A stretch of DNA of 64,000 bases, taken from positions 186,001 to 250,000 of IMG/VR virus record IMGVR_UViG_3300027710_000011; one strand, 5' to 3'. Below are positions 38,456-48,266 of the stretch, in pieces (the stretch's first letter is position 1; the number at the start of each line of letters is the position of its first letter). The translations under genes and the position numbers were made by a program. The notes under the pieces were generated by a model. It was not told the DNA's origin, did no database searches, and saw only the letters and a list, made by a program, of their open reading frames with translations.

Positions 38456-38496
38456 GAATTTCGAATCCCATCTAGTAGCTTTCTCGAAAGATAAAC

Positions 38497-41118
38497 ATGG
38501 CTCAACCCAGCAGCTACGACGTGATGGGTGGTTTCCTGCAGCAACATGCGTATAAGAACGTATGGTGCACGCCAAATCAAGACAAGCAAGCGATCTTCAA
38601 ACCTGCTCGGTTGACTGACCTCAACGGAGCATGGATGGATTTCAGGGTGATGTGGACAAAACACAAACTCCCTGATCAACGCTCGCGCTTTCACATCTAC
38701 CAAATCGGTCAGATTCATCCACTGTTGCTCGGCTTACAGCAAAGTTCAAAGAACGTTTGGATCTCGCTGGCCGACGCATGCATCGAGATGCAGATGATGG
38801 CTGATGTGTATACGGTTAAGGGTTATCAAATCCACCGTAGTCAGATCTGGTACAAGGTTACTCCCGAACGCGATTTGATTCTCGCTATCCGAATTCCTGA
38901 GTACGATCGCATCCCAATCGATCTTGTTCAAGAAACGATCTACGTGCGTCTATACACGAATGCTTACTTCCAGAGCGCTCGTGCAAATTCGCAAGACAAC
39001 ATTGTGTACGTCAAAGGCATTCAAGCCGTCACGACTGCTGACATCATGGCGATTCAGCAAGTCTTGAACGTATACAAAGCCAAAGAAGTTGGCACTACTC
39101 GCTGCTTTGTCAATGGCCTTCTCGTCGACACTATCGACTTGATCACAGCAAAGCCAGGCGATTACATGGAGTTCGTTTTTGACGGCTCTGTGAAGAAGAT
39201 CATCACTTTCGATATTGGTTCTTTGCCGCAATTCGAAAGTACGCTGGACAACGTCTACAAATTCTTGCTTCACTACGCTGGTGAAACAGACATCATCGAC
39301 TACATGGACGATGTGGATTTGTTCCTAGTCAAGGAAGATGGACAGCGCTATAAAGGTCTGTACTACAACAAGAACAATCCCAAAGCCATGCGAATGGTTA
39401 CGCACAAAGACTACGCAGTCCCAGTGCAGTTCTTGACAGCCTACGCTGAGGAAGGCAGTATCTTTGCCCCTCTGAATTCACTGAAGCTAGTTCTGCATGT
39501 TCGTAACTCAGGTTACGATCGTCCACTGGTGTACGAGGAAAATCGCGTCCGTGATCTCTACAAGCTAGATGATGAAGATTTGCTCCAAGCGATGCTTGGC
39601 GTCAATGCGCTTGTGGACGTGTGGAAGGTGGAGAATCTTGAGAACTCCGCCTATATCGGACTGATGAGCAAGAACCTCGGTGCCATCACGGTTGACGATG
39701 TTCAGAACGCTTATGGTTACAACGCCATCAGTGTTTTGATTGCAGATACTCCTCAGCACACTCAGCTGGTATCGACACTCCAGCGCGTTCAGCTTCCATC
39801 AGCTTTGGCGATGGACTGTACTGTTTACGAGTACGACGCCGATGGCTACATGGTCGGACACAGCGTTCACAATTCTGGAACAAGCTACACGTGTGCAAAC
39901 CCAACTACACGGTTGTGTGAAGCAATCAGTGGAGCGGCAGACATCGGTCTGAATTCGTTCTGGAATGTTCGCACGCATTCGATTGATCCTGATCAGAACT
40001 ACAGGTTCTACACCTGTGGTAAGATCGGCAACATCCTGGATAACGTGTGGGTGGATGTGACAGGCTCAGGCCAGTACACGATCATCAACAGCGTCGTGAC
40101 GTGGGTGAATAATCCAGATACGACGTACACATTGGTGCGGCCAAGCAAGAAGCACATTTACTACGAGCTGGATTACTTCGCAGTCGATGGCTTGATCACG
40201 TTCTCTCTTCGTGAATGGCGTGAAGACTTGCAAACCTTCCGCACCATGGCTGTTCCGATGGGCGAGCTGGATCTCTTCTTGAACGGTAAGTCCTTGATTG
40301 AAGGCTTGGACTACATTGTTGACTTCCCACGCATCGTCGTCAACAATAAGGAATACCTGGTCAATCCGGATACACAACCACAGAAGCTCGGGATTCGTTT
40401 CTCAAACTTCTGTAAGTCCGACATGACTCGTCCGAATGTCCCAGACATCGGCTTTGTTCAGTACGGTGTTTTGTCGTACAACAACAAGTACGATATTCGT
40501 CACGACAAGGTCAATCGTGTAAACATCCGGGGCGCTCTCTATCGTTGGGATGAATTGAACTACGGTGAGGATGATTTTGACATCCACGTTGTGGACGTCA
40601 TGAATGGTTCTCCGTATTCCATCCGCGACATCATTGTGCCGATGAACGATTATCTGCATCAAGCAGATGAGAAGATTGATCCAACGTTTGCTCTGCGCGC
40701 GAAGTCAATGGCGATTGATAAAGCCATCTCCGACTACATGACGCTGAAGATACCTGAAAAGAAACCTCAGCCTCCGAGTGCGATTCCAGCACTCTATCAA
40801 GTTGTGAGTCCGTTCTTCAATCGGATCGTCCACGACTTGAATAGCGGCGCTTTGTGGGATGCCAAGTTTATTGAACAGTACAGCGATGTGTTTGTTCGGG
40901 AAACTTGTCAGAGGTACGAGTATCTGTTGGCATGGGATCCTGTGACGGACAAGAACTTGCTTGACCCCAACTTCGTTGTGGTTCATCCGCACAACACGGA
41001 TGGCTATATCGACATGGGCGTTTACCAGTACAAGTTCTTGACCCGCGTTGCGCTGATCTACGGCTCCAACCGTATTTCGCTGTCTGGCTCGATTCGCGTA
41101 AAGCAATTCGGTCAATAA
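38497..41118 (+). CDS. Virion structural protein (gp27-like, tail/baseplate)
   Basis: 873 aa; synteny gp28-27-26. Confidence 0.75.
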   Translation: MAQPSSYDVMGGFLQQHAYKNVWCTPNQDKQAIFKPARLTDLNGAWMDFRVMWTKHKLPDQRSRFHIYQIGQIHPLLLGLQQSSKNVWISLADACIEMQMMADVYTVKGYQIHRSQIWYKVTPERDLILAIRIPEYDRIPIDLVQETIYVRLYTNAYFQSARANSQDNIVYVKGIQAVTTADIMAIQQVLNVYKAKEVGTTRCFVNGLLVDTIDLITAKPGDYMEFVFDGSVKKIITFDIGSLPQFESTLDNVYKFLLHYAGETDIIDYMDDVDLFLVKEDGQRYKGLYYNKNNPKAMRMVTHKDYAVPVQFLTAYAEEGSIFAPLNSLKLVLHVRNSGYDRPLVYEENRVRDLYKLDDEDLLQAMLGVNALVDVWKVENLENSAYIGLMSKNLGAITVDDVQNAYGYNAISVLIADTPQHTQLVSTLQRVQLPSALAMDCTVYEYDADGYMVGHSVHNSGTSYTCANPTTRLCEAISGAADIGLNSFWNVRTHSIDPDQNYRFYTCGKIGNILDNVWVDVTGSGQYTIINSVVTWVNNPDTTYTLVRPSKKHIYYELDYFAVDGLITFSLREWREDLQTFRTMAVPMGELDLFLNGKSLIEGLDYIVDFPRIVVNNKEYLVNPDTQPQKLGIRFSNFCKSDMTRPNVPDIGFVQYGVLSYNNKYDIRHDKVNRVNIRGALYRWDELNYGEDDFDIHVVDVMNGSPYSIRDIIVPMNDYLHQADEKIDPTFALRAKSMAIDKAISDYMTLKIPEKKPQPPSAIPALYQVVSPFFNRIVHDLNSGALWDAKFIEQYSDVFVRETCQRYEYLLAWDPVTDKNLLDPNFVVVHPHNTDGYIDMGVYQYKFLTRVALIYGSNRISLSGSIRVKQFGQ

Positions 41119-41165
41119 CTTAAAAGGGCTCGAGTGGGCAACCGCTCGAGTATTCGGAGCCCTAA

Positions 41166-42872
41166 ATGGCAAATGATCCAATCATCTCAACATCAGGCAT
41201 TACTGGGTCTGACGGCATCACGCCGATCTACGATCCAGATGGTCGCTTTCAAATCTGGAACAAAAACGAAATCTTCATGGGCCCAACAGCTCCTGGCGAT
41301 AAGCGGTACGTTCCAAAGATCGATGACATGGTTGTCGAACTGGTCCCTTTGACCTGGTACCGCGTGACCAATATCGATCTTGCTACATTGATCCCGACTC
41401 TGGACGAGCTGGAAACCGTAGCATCCGGCGGTGATCCTACCGACAAGGATCTGCTCCTCGGTCCTGGACCTGGTACGCCCAGCGATACGTATCGCGTGTA
41501 TTTGGACACATCCGTTGTTCCGCACGCAATCCGTGTCGATGCTCGTTGCTACATTCGTGGTAGCGAGAATATGTACGCACGTCTGTTCTTGGGTTCGGAT
41601 ATCTCCAGCGAAGCCAACATCATCAGTTTGCAGTACGACAGTGCTGGTAACATCATCGGGAACAAAATCCCGCTGGAGTTGGCTGAGATCAACAACACGA
41701 CGAACATCGCTACCAAAGTCATGCCGACCGCATACACCATGCGGGAGATCCAAGATGATGAGCGTGTTACGTTTGTGTCGTACTCGGCAGACAATCGCAT
41801 CACTTCCAAGCGTCAGTTGATCTTGGAAAACTCGGCATTCATTGCCAGTGCGAACATCTCTACCAAGTACATCGTTGGCATCTCGCTGAAGTGCCCGTTC
41901 TTGTCGGCTGCCGATCCGCATCGCATCGATTTGCCGCAGAACGTGCTGCTCACCGGTTTGAACATGATCGGTGTGGTGACGTATTCGGATGGCTCAACAA
42001 ACGAGCTGCCTGTGGACGGTACCAAGTTCAAGATGCTGGGTATGGAGTCGTACCTGACAACCATCGTCGGCCATCAAGCTGGTATTGTGTTGCGTTACCA
42101 GTTGTCTGCCAACGAAATCTCGTACGGCAACCAAGTGGGTGCAGTTCCGTTCATCTCGCAAGAGTACAAGATCGTGACTGCTCAGGAAGACAACGCATAC
42201 AGCGTCAAGCTGTTCGGTTACCCAGTGTGGCAGAATTCCGTCGCAGGCTACACCTTGCGCTGGTTCCTGTACAACGCGCTGCGTAACGTTGTTTACGACG
42301 TCACCAATTCGATTCAGCACAGCCCCGCCGCTGCTCCGTTCCAACCTAAGCTCTACGGTGCCCTGCAGACCGTCGTGGTTAGTGTGAACCTGCAAGACGT
42401 CAATGGTTCGTATCGCAACTACCGCCATGCTCAAACCCAGCAGTTGATTCTCTGGGGTGAAGGTACGATGCGTACAACCAACTGGACGATTCTGTTCGAT
42501 CAGAATCAGAACCCGGTGTACGGTTTGAATCTGCACGCCGACCTGACGTTTGTGAACTACAACTACTACAAGTTGAAGTTCGGCACTGGTGCTCAAACCA
42601 AGGCGGAATGGCTCAAGCGTTTGTACTACGACTCCAAGCCAATCATCGACCAGTTCAAAGAGCAGACGCCGCCGGCGCCTACTCACTTCCGGTTGCGGGT
42701 TGGTACGCAGGACTACGAGTACAGCGTGGACGCATGGAACGACGAGATCATCGTGGGCAACGGTCTGAACGACAACGACACCTTGATCATCTACTTCATC
42801 AGCAAGAACCAATCGACGGATCTTCAATTGTCCGTGGCTGGCTTGCCGGTGTATCAGGTAACAGGAAACTGA
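41166..42872 (+). CDS. Virion structural protein (gp26-like, tail/baseplate)
   Basis: 568 aa, beta-rich; synteny. Confidence 0.75.
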   Translation: MANDPIISTSGITGSDGITPIYDPDGRFQIWNKNEIFMGPTAPGDKRYVPKIDDMVVELVPLTWYRVTNIDLATLIPTLDELETVASGGDPTDKDLLLGPGPGTPSDTYRVYLDTSVVPHAIRVDARCYIRGSENMYARLFLGSDISSEANIISLQYDSAGNIIGNKIPLELAEINNTTNIATKVMPTAYTMREIQDDERVTFVSYSADNRITSKRQLILENSAFIASANISTKYIVGISLKCPFLSAADPHRIDLPQNVLLTGLNMIGVVTYSDGSTNELPVDGTKFKMLGMESYLTTIVGHQAGIVLRYQLSANEISYGNQVGAVPFISQEYKIVTAQEDNAYSVKLFGYPVWQNSVAGYTLRWFLYNALRNVVYDVTNSIQHSPAAAPFQPKLYGALQTVVVSVNLQDVNGSYRNYRHAQTQQLILWGEGTMRTTNWTILFDQNQNPVYGLNLHADLTFVNYNYYKLKFGTGAQTKAEWLKRLYYDSKPIIDQFKEQTPPAPTHFRLRVGTQDYEYSVDAWNDEIIVGNGLNDNDTLIIYFISKNQSTDLQLSVAGLPVYQVTGN

Positions 42873-42881
42873 TGTCTGAAA

Positions 42882-42971
42882 ATAAAAGGAGAGGGAAACC
42901 TCTCCTTTTATGCTGTTTCAAACAAAAAAGAAAAGAGAGCATAAACGGAGGCCTGATGGCCTCCGTTTATT
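42882..42971. terminator. Tandem terminators between convergent genes
   Basis: ATAAAAGGAGAGG-gaaa-CCTCTCCTTTTATG and CATAAACGGAGGCC-tgat-GGCCTCCGTTTAT. Confidence 0.85.
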
Positions 42972-42974
42972 TCA

Positions 42975-43469
42975 TCAGTCTTCGATCAGATCCCAGGGAA
43001 TATTGTCAGCCAGCTTCGTGACACCTTGACGTAGGTCCTTCAAAGCTGTTCTGAGCGTCTTGTTACGGACCTCAAGCTGCTCTACCTCAGAGAGGTTATT
43101 GTTACTCTTGAACTTGGCTTCAGCGACGTCATAGTCTTCGTCAGTGACGTAACGTTGCAATTCACCGAAGCCACCCAATGAGTAACCGATGAGTTGAGCA
43201 AACTGGACTTGATCGTGACGGCTGTAATTCGACCTCGCGATATGGTTCAAATCGAACCCTAGTGGTGTTGCGAACTCCAACATATCGTCTACGATTTTGT
43301 TAGGACGGAAACGAACCACACCAGTCTCGTCTAAATAAAGATCCTGCACGGGATGAGGTCGTGAGAATGACTGCACTGGAGTGATGGGTGTAATTTCCGT
43401 AACTTGAACTTCCGGCTGGGGTTCTGACGCCGGAGGTTTTTGCATAGTGGCCAGGATGAATTTATTCAT
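42975..43469 (-). CDS. Hypothetical protein of a widespread phage family (HP.Q....D..GV.RF..N.IV...FAQLIGYS..GFGEL)
   Basis: Motif recognised from phage hypothetical proteins; function unknown. Confidence 0.7.
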   Translation of the reverse strand: MNKFILATMQKPPASEPQPEVQVTEITPITPVQSFSRPHPVQDLYLDETGVVRFRPNKIVDDMLEFATPLGFDLNHIARSNYSRHDQVQFAQLIGYSLGGFGELQRYVTDEDYDVAEAKFKSNNNLSEVEQLEVRNKTLRTALKDLRQGVTKLADNIPWDLIED

Positions 43470-43933
43470 AGTTGAACCTGAATGACGACTTTGTTTTCGG
43501 TGTTCTTTTCTGCATAGTAGAAACAATGCAGATTGTTCACCTTGGTTTGCATGGCATAATACAAACCACTGTCGTCAGCAAATTGGTTTTGAATGTTTTC
43601 ATTCAACCACGTCATGATCGCGGCAATCAAATCCATACAGCCCAGAGATTTGATAGTAGCAATCATGGAACGGCAGGAAGGAGAACGCAAACCTGCGTAA
43701 CGGAAGTTGGGCGGCAACTCAGAAACCGTGAATACACGGAACTCCGCAACGATGGTTTGTTTTCCTTGCTGAAAGACGTAACGGTTGTACTTCCGACCGT
43801 TAACGCCGTCCAGATCTGGCTGGATAGACAGCGAGGTATTGGACGAAGTCACCGCCATTCTTCGAATGAAGTCGTAATACTTCATCTCCAACACAGAAGC
43901 GGTTTGTGGATTGATAATTGGAAACTGCGACAT
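43466..43933 (-). CDS. Hypothetical protein
   Basis: 155 aa; ATGA overlap with the next gene. Confidence 0.65.
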   Translation of the reverse strand: MSQFPIINPQTASVLEMKYYDFIRRMAVTSSNTSLSIQPDLDGVNGRKYNRYVFQQGKQTIVAEFRVFTVSELPPNFRYAGLRSPSCRSMIATIKSLGCMDLIAAIMTWLNENIQNQFADDSGLYYAMQTKVNNLHCFYYAEKNTENKVVIQVQL

Positions 43934-43954
43934 GAACGATCCTTTTTCTATTCA

Positions 43955-44623
43955 TTAACTGACTACAGCACCGCGGGCTTCTTCCAGAATCTGTTCAGAA
44001 CACCCGCCTTCAACAGTGGGCTTCATCAGAATCTGCATCGTGACATTGAAGTCATCAGAGCCTTCTATCTTTGGAAAGTACCTGCAGGCCTTAAAGTAAC
44101 CTTGCTTGATGTCGTTCAAGTGAAGATAGTTTTGAGCGTTATCTTGCTCACCACTTGCTTCACTCAGACTACTCAGATATCTGAACGTTTCTGTGCGAAC
44201 TGAATCAAACGGCAAGACTCTCAGCACGCTGGTTGTCAAAGGAGATACTGTTTTGGAAACGTTTTCGTATTTCAACTCAGCAAATTCCTTCTGCATGCTG
44301 TTGAATCCGCCGCTAGCGTTTCTACAAAGCTGAGCCAGTAGAAACACTTCACCATTTAACGGATTGCAAATGGTGAACTGAATGACCAGCACATCTTCTT
44401 CAACCGTAAAGCTCGTGATGCATTTTGCACCAGTGATGCCGTACATGGTCCAACTGACAAAACTGAAGAAAGCAAGGATGGCCTTAGAAATCCGATCATC
44501 CATTTTGAGCATCTCTACATCGCTCATTATCTCTTCAAGTTCGATCCGGTGGAGTTTGGAGTGGTAGATGTGGTTAATCAGTAGCACGACGTCTTCCTCG
44601 TTTGAGCCTGTATGCCAAGACAT
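43955..44623 (-). CDS. Hypothetical protein (start uncertain)
   Basis: Co-oriented ORF. Confidence 0.6.
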   Translation of the reverse strand: MSWHTGSNEEDVVLLINHIYHSKLHRIELEEIMSDVEMLKMDDRISKAILAFFSFVSWTMYGITGAKCITSFTVEEDVLVIQFTICNPLNGEVFLLAQLCRNASGGFNSMQKEFAELKYENVSKTVSPLTTSVLRVLPFDSVRTETFRYLSSLSEASGEQDNAQNYLHLNDIKQGYFKACRYFPKIEGSDDFNVTMQILMKPTVEGGCSEQILEEARGAVVS

Positions 44624-45209
44624 AGGTCAGCATTTCAGTACCATTCGCTTTCGAAGCGCGGTAGTTGATAGTAAAACCATACCTATCATTACTCAGGATC
44701 TTGTATTTTGGATTCTTATCCTTGAGCAAGACAGATGCGCCGGTAATCAGCTGTTCTATCAAAGAGTAGCTTTGCAGGTTCTTGGATATCCCGCATTCAG
44801 CATATATGTTATCCAGAGCGTTAAGACAATCCTGCCGAGTATCTATCTTCGCTTCTTCAAGCGACTCATCCATAGAGCCGTGAAGTTGGACGACAGAGAT
44901 GTTTACGTATTGGGTAAACCCACAATCTAGTTCGATCTCTCGCGGGAACTTCACCTCGAGGATGTCACCGATGAACGTGGTGTTGTGAATGAAACGCCGA
45001 TGGTGAGGACAATCCAGCTTTCTATCCGCAATCAATTGGAATGACCTGTCGCGAATCCGCCGAAAGATGTCTGCCTCGTAGCCTTCGTACATCGTATCCA
45101 GTGTTGCAATCTTTATTTCAGGAAACGCGTTGATCGCTTTATCGATCCGAACACGCTGATGCGTGTAAGGATTGTCCCTGACATTTGTTAGTTCGAAGTC
45201 CACCCGCAT
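44574..45209 (-). CDS. Hypothetical protein
   Basis: 211 aa, AAAGGA SD. Confidence 0.65.
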   Translation of the reverse strand: MRVDFELTNVRDNPYTHQRVRIDKAINAFPEIKIATLDTMYEGYEADIFRRIRDRSFQLIADRKLDCPHHRRFIHNTTFIGDILEVKFPREIELDCGFTQYVNISVVQLHGSMDESLEEAKIDTRQDCLNALDNIYAECGISKNLQSYSLIEQLITGASVLLKDKNPKYKILSNDRYGFTINYRASKANGTEMLTYVLAYRLKRGRRRATD

Positions 45210-45246
45210 TCCTTTCTTTTTATTGAGTCAAAAAATAAAAGTACGC

Positions 45247-45280
45247 AAAAGTAGAGATGGAGGTGACCCCCATCTCTACT
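45247..45280 (-). terminator. Terminator
   Basis: GTAGAGATGG...CCATCTCTAC with adjacent A-tract. Confidence 0.75.
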
Positions 45281-45310
45281 CTACGTTACAACACCGGCAA
45301 AGCCGTTGAC

Positions 45311-45790
45311 TTACTTGGAAGCCAATTGCTTGGTGGCCAGGGCCGACAGGTGAGCGCGGATGTTGCCGAGCTGACCGGTCTTGCGCGATGCGCGCAGGGT
45401 GATTTCAGGCATGATCACGCCGAACTTGTCGCTCTTCTCAGCACCAGGGGCGCCGACCAGCTTGGAGCGATAGAACACGGTGCCGAACTGGTTGCCGGAA
45501 GGGTCCTTGACGACCAGCTCGGAGGAGGCCAGCTCAGGGTTCTTCTTCATCACCGGAATGGCAGCTTCGCCGTGGGCCAGAGTTTGGGCCTGGGCCAGTT
45601 CTTCGACGAAGGTGAACACGCGCTTGTATTGCTCAACGCTCACGTCTTCAGGCAGCAGCGATTCGACGGTGGCGGCCTGGGTGGCGGCGCCGGTCTTGGG
45701 GTCGATGGTGATGTTCAGCTTGGCAGCCAGTTCGCGAGTTGCGTCGCTGATCACGATTGCTTTGACTTCAGGGGTCTTTGTTGCAGACAT
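45311..45790 (-). CDS. Abundant conserved jumbo-phage protein, possibly DNA-binding
   Basis: Strong C/G codon bias, own terminator; DNA-binding role is only a guess. Confidence 0.75.
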   Translation of the reverse strand: MSATKTPEVKAIVISDATRELAAKLNITIDPKTGAATQAATVESLLPEDVSVEQYKRVFTFVEELAQAQTLAHGEAAIPVMKKNPELASSELVVKDPSGNQFGTVFYRSKLVGAPGAEKSDKFGVIMPEITLRASRKTGQLGNIRAHLSALATKQLASK

Positions 45791-45929
45791 GGGAAACATC
45801 CTTTTGGATTTTGGTTGATATCAGAGGAGTTCTTTGTGAATAGCAAGATCGTAAAGTTTGGTTGCATTACGATCCTGAACCATCCACGCCGAGCTCCTCT
45901 ATTCTCGGCATGAACGATGTCATTACTTC

Positions 45930-46469
45930 TTAACCTGGACGACGATTGAATGTCGGTCGATCAGATTGTTGGCGATAACCGCCGTCGTCACGTTGCTGGT
46001 ACGGACGTTGCGGGCGATCACCGTAGCGCGGACGCTGATCAAACTGCTCTTGGAAGCCAGCTTGGATTTCGCGTTCAACCTTGTCAGCAACCGCGTTCTG
46101 CTTGTCAGCAGGAACCGTGATGGTCGAGATGTGTTTCATCAACTGCTTGCTGATGAGGCGCACTTTCAAGACACCAGGCTTCTGACCCGCTGGCAATTCC
46201 GCATTGTCGTCCAGAAACTTCTGAACCCGACCCCAGTTGCACAAGACAACGTAGTGGCCACTTTGTGGGTGCACGCAAACCGACATGTGTGCAGTCACTT
46301 CGTTGTCATCTTCAGTTGCAGTCCACAAGCCACGTTGAGCGGCTTTCAAGTCTTCCAACTGCAGAGCGATCTCTGGAGCAGAAGAAATGCTTTTGGTCAA
46401 AGCGCTGAAACTAACAGTCTTTTCACAGATTGTCAGGTGAGTGCGCTTGGGTTGCTTAGTTGGTGTCAT
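45930..46469 (-). CDS. Hypothetical early protein with R/Q/G-rich tail
   Basis: Start MTPTKQPK with GAGGA SD, downstream of a promoter motif copy. Confidence 0.7.
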   Translation of the reverse strand: MTPTKQPKRTHLTICEKTVSFSALTKSISSAPEIALQLEDLKAAQRGLWTATEDDNEVTAHMSVCVHPQSGHYVVLCNWGRVQKFLDDNAELPAGQKPGVLKVRLISKQLMKHISTITVPADKQNAVADKVEREIQAGFQEQFDQRPRYGDRPQRPYQQRDDGGYRQQSDRPTFNRRPG

Positions 46470-46584
46470 GTTCCTCGACTTGGTTGGTGTGGTTGTCACT
46501 CGCATCTGATTTACGCGAGCGCTGTAAAAAACTTCCAGCTTTGCTGCATGAAATATTAGAAGGTTAACCCAATACTCCAAATTG

Positions 46585-46601
46585 GTGATATGTGGTTATA
46601 A
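46585..46601 (-). promoter_or_regulatory. Putative early promoter TTATAACCACATATCAC
   Basis: Degenerate fifth copy of the motif. Confidence 0.6.
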
Positions 46602-46618
46602 CTATTTTCAATACACGG

Positions 46619-46655
46619 CATAAAGGACAGTGGGTGACCCCACTGTCCCACTATG
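46619..46655 (-). terminator. Terminator of the protease operon
   Basis: GGACAGTGGG-tgac-CCCACTGTCC. Confidence 0.75.
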
Positions 46656-46699
46656 CTGCGTTATGCGCTCTACGAGCCGTTAAACGCGTTCTAGAGCTA

Positions 46700-47473
46700 T
46701 TACCAACCGCACCACGGTGCTTCCTTCTTGAAGAGACGTTCCAGCGCCGTAGCGTCGGTCCAACCCATCGAGCTGAAGAGCTCACGACCAGTCAGGATAG
46801 CTGCAGATTCTTGAGCGATACCTGCCCCGGCGCTTGTGTTGACCGCGTACTCCATTTGAGCACGAGAGAACACTGTTTCGGATTCAGATTCCAAAGCAGG
46901 GTTCTTGAACTTCTCAGCAACCGACATACCAGGCTCGTTAACGTAGTCGAACGTCACGACGGTACGCAGATCACGATTCTTCACACCCATGACTTGGTAG
47001 TCCTTGGTGAAAGCACGAATCGAGAAGCACACGTTCTCAGACGGGTTCTCCAGCTGCTTAGCCAATGCCGGACCAAAAGGACCAGCTGGTGCAACTTCGG
47101 AGAAGATAGCAATTACGGGATTGCCACGATCATCCGTCATTTCATCAAACACGAGTTCGATGTTGCGGTGATGGCAGCAGACGCTCTTCTCGTCAATGTC
47201 CAGCACGCGACGTGCAAACATCTCGGTAGACATATTGCCTTGACGAGGATGACCGTATTCACCACGCAAAGCACCGCGACGAACACGGCGCATCAAAGCA
47301 CTGCTTTCTTCGAAGACTTGCTTGGCTTGCTCGTAGGTGTAGAAATGACCTGCCGAATTGAACATATTCAGCGCACCAACGACCATTCGATAGTAGCCGT
47401 TGTCAAGCTGCTTGAGCTTGCCGACCTTGTTTGTGCCCTGCAATGCAGTGCACGAAAAGAAAACGCTATTCAT
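46700..47473 (-). CDS. Prohead (head maturation) protease, gp175-like
   Basis: GEYGHP (His) and CFSIRA (Ser) motifs; TFDYVNEPG. Confidence 0.9.
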   Translation of the reverse strand: MNSVFFSCTALQGTNKVGKLKQLDNGYYRMVVGALNMFNSAGHFYTYEQAKQVFEESSALMRRVRRGALRGEYGHPRQGNMSTEMFARRVLDIDEKSVCCHHRNIELVFDEMTDDRGNPVIAIFSEVAPAGPFGPALAKQLENPSENVCFSIRAFTKDYQVMGVKNRDLRTVVTFDYVNEPGMSVAEKFKNPALESESETVFSRAQMEYAVNTSAGAGIAQESAAILTGRELFSSMGWTDATALERLFKKEAPWCGW

Positions 47474-47494
47474 ACACGACCTACTCGATCTTGT

Positions 47495-48235
47495 TCAATG
47501 CAGCAGGAGGCCTTCAATGCGTTCGACACGTTCAGATGGTGAAACCAGAGCTGACACAATGCCGTCTTGCATGTAAGAACCACCAAGCTTGTTGGTTGTG
47601 TTTGTTGCGGAGTACATCACGCTCTTCAGCGGAATGAACGCAGGAGGATGGTTCACGAGATCTTCGGGACTTTGAATGAACTGCCGATAATACTGCGAAC
47701 GGTCGTTCGGATTGCGAGCAATCATGGAGATAATCAGTTCAGTGACTTCATGGTCTCCACCAATATTTGCATTGGCATGCTTCTTCGCCGTATCAAAGAG
47801 TTTCGCCAGTTCAGGATAACCCATGTACCAAGGCACACGTCCTTTACTGATGAACTCGTCGTAGATGCGGTAAACCAAAGTGTTCTGCTTCACCAGAGAC
47901 AGCGTCGGAATGACGGTTGACCCTGCGTTAAAGCTGAACTCGTAATACTCATCGCCATCGAACACAACCTTGTTGGTTGCGATTGGGTCGATACGCATCA
48001 ACGCGTTGACAATCATCACCGCGTAATACTTATCTTCCACAACGACAGCGAAGAGTCCCACGATAGTGGTTTCCACACCTACACTTGCCAAACCACGCTC
48101 AGAGAAGCGGACTGGGATGTAGATCTTGCAACTCTTGAGAGCTACCAGACTTTCATTCCCAGTCTTTGCATCAACAACTTCCGTGAGCGATCCATGCACT
48201 CGCGCAACATCTTTGACAAAACTCTTATGTTTCAC
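47495..48235 (-). CDS. gp176-like protein, possibly virion-RNAP associated
   Basis: Synteny with gp175-gp178; association with the virion RNAP is recalled from SPN3US work and is tentative. Confidence 0.65.
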   Translation of the reverse strand: MKHKSFVKDVARVHGSLTEVVDAKTGNESLVALKSCKIYIPVRFSERGLASVGVETTIVGLFAVVVEDKYYAVMIVNALMRIDPIATNKVVFDGDEYYEFSFNAGSTVIPTLSLVKQNTLVYRIYDEFISKGRVPWYMGYPELAKLFDTAKKHANANIGGDHEVTELIISMIARNPNDRSQYYRQFIQSPEDLVNHPPAFIPLKSVMYSATNTTNKLGGSYMQDGIVSALVSPSERVERIEGLLLH

Positions 48236-48266
48236 AGGAGTTCTTTCTCAGATGCTCAGGTCAGGA

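Noticed and set aside
45257-45913. 218-aa plus-strand ORF
   Set aside because: Antisense shadow of the 45790 gene.
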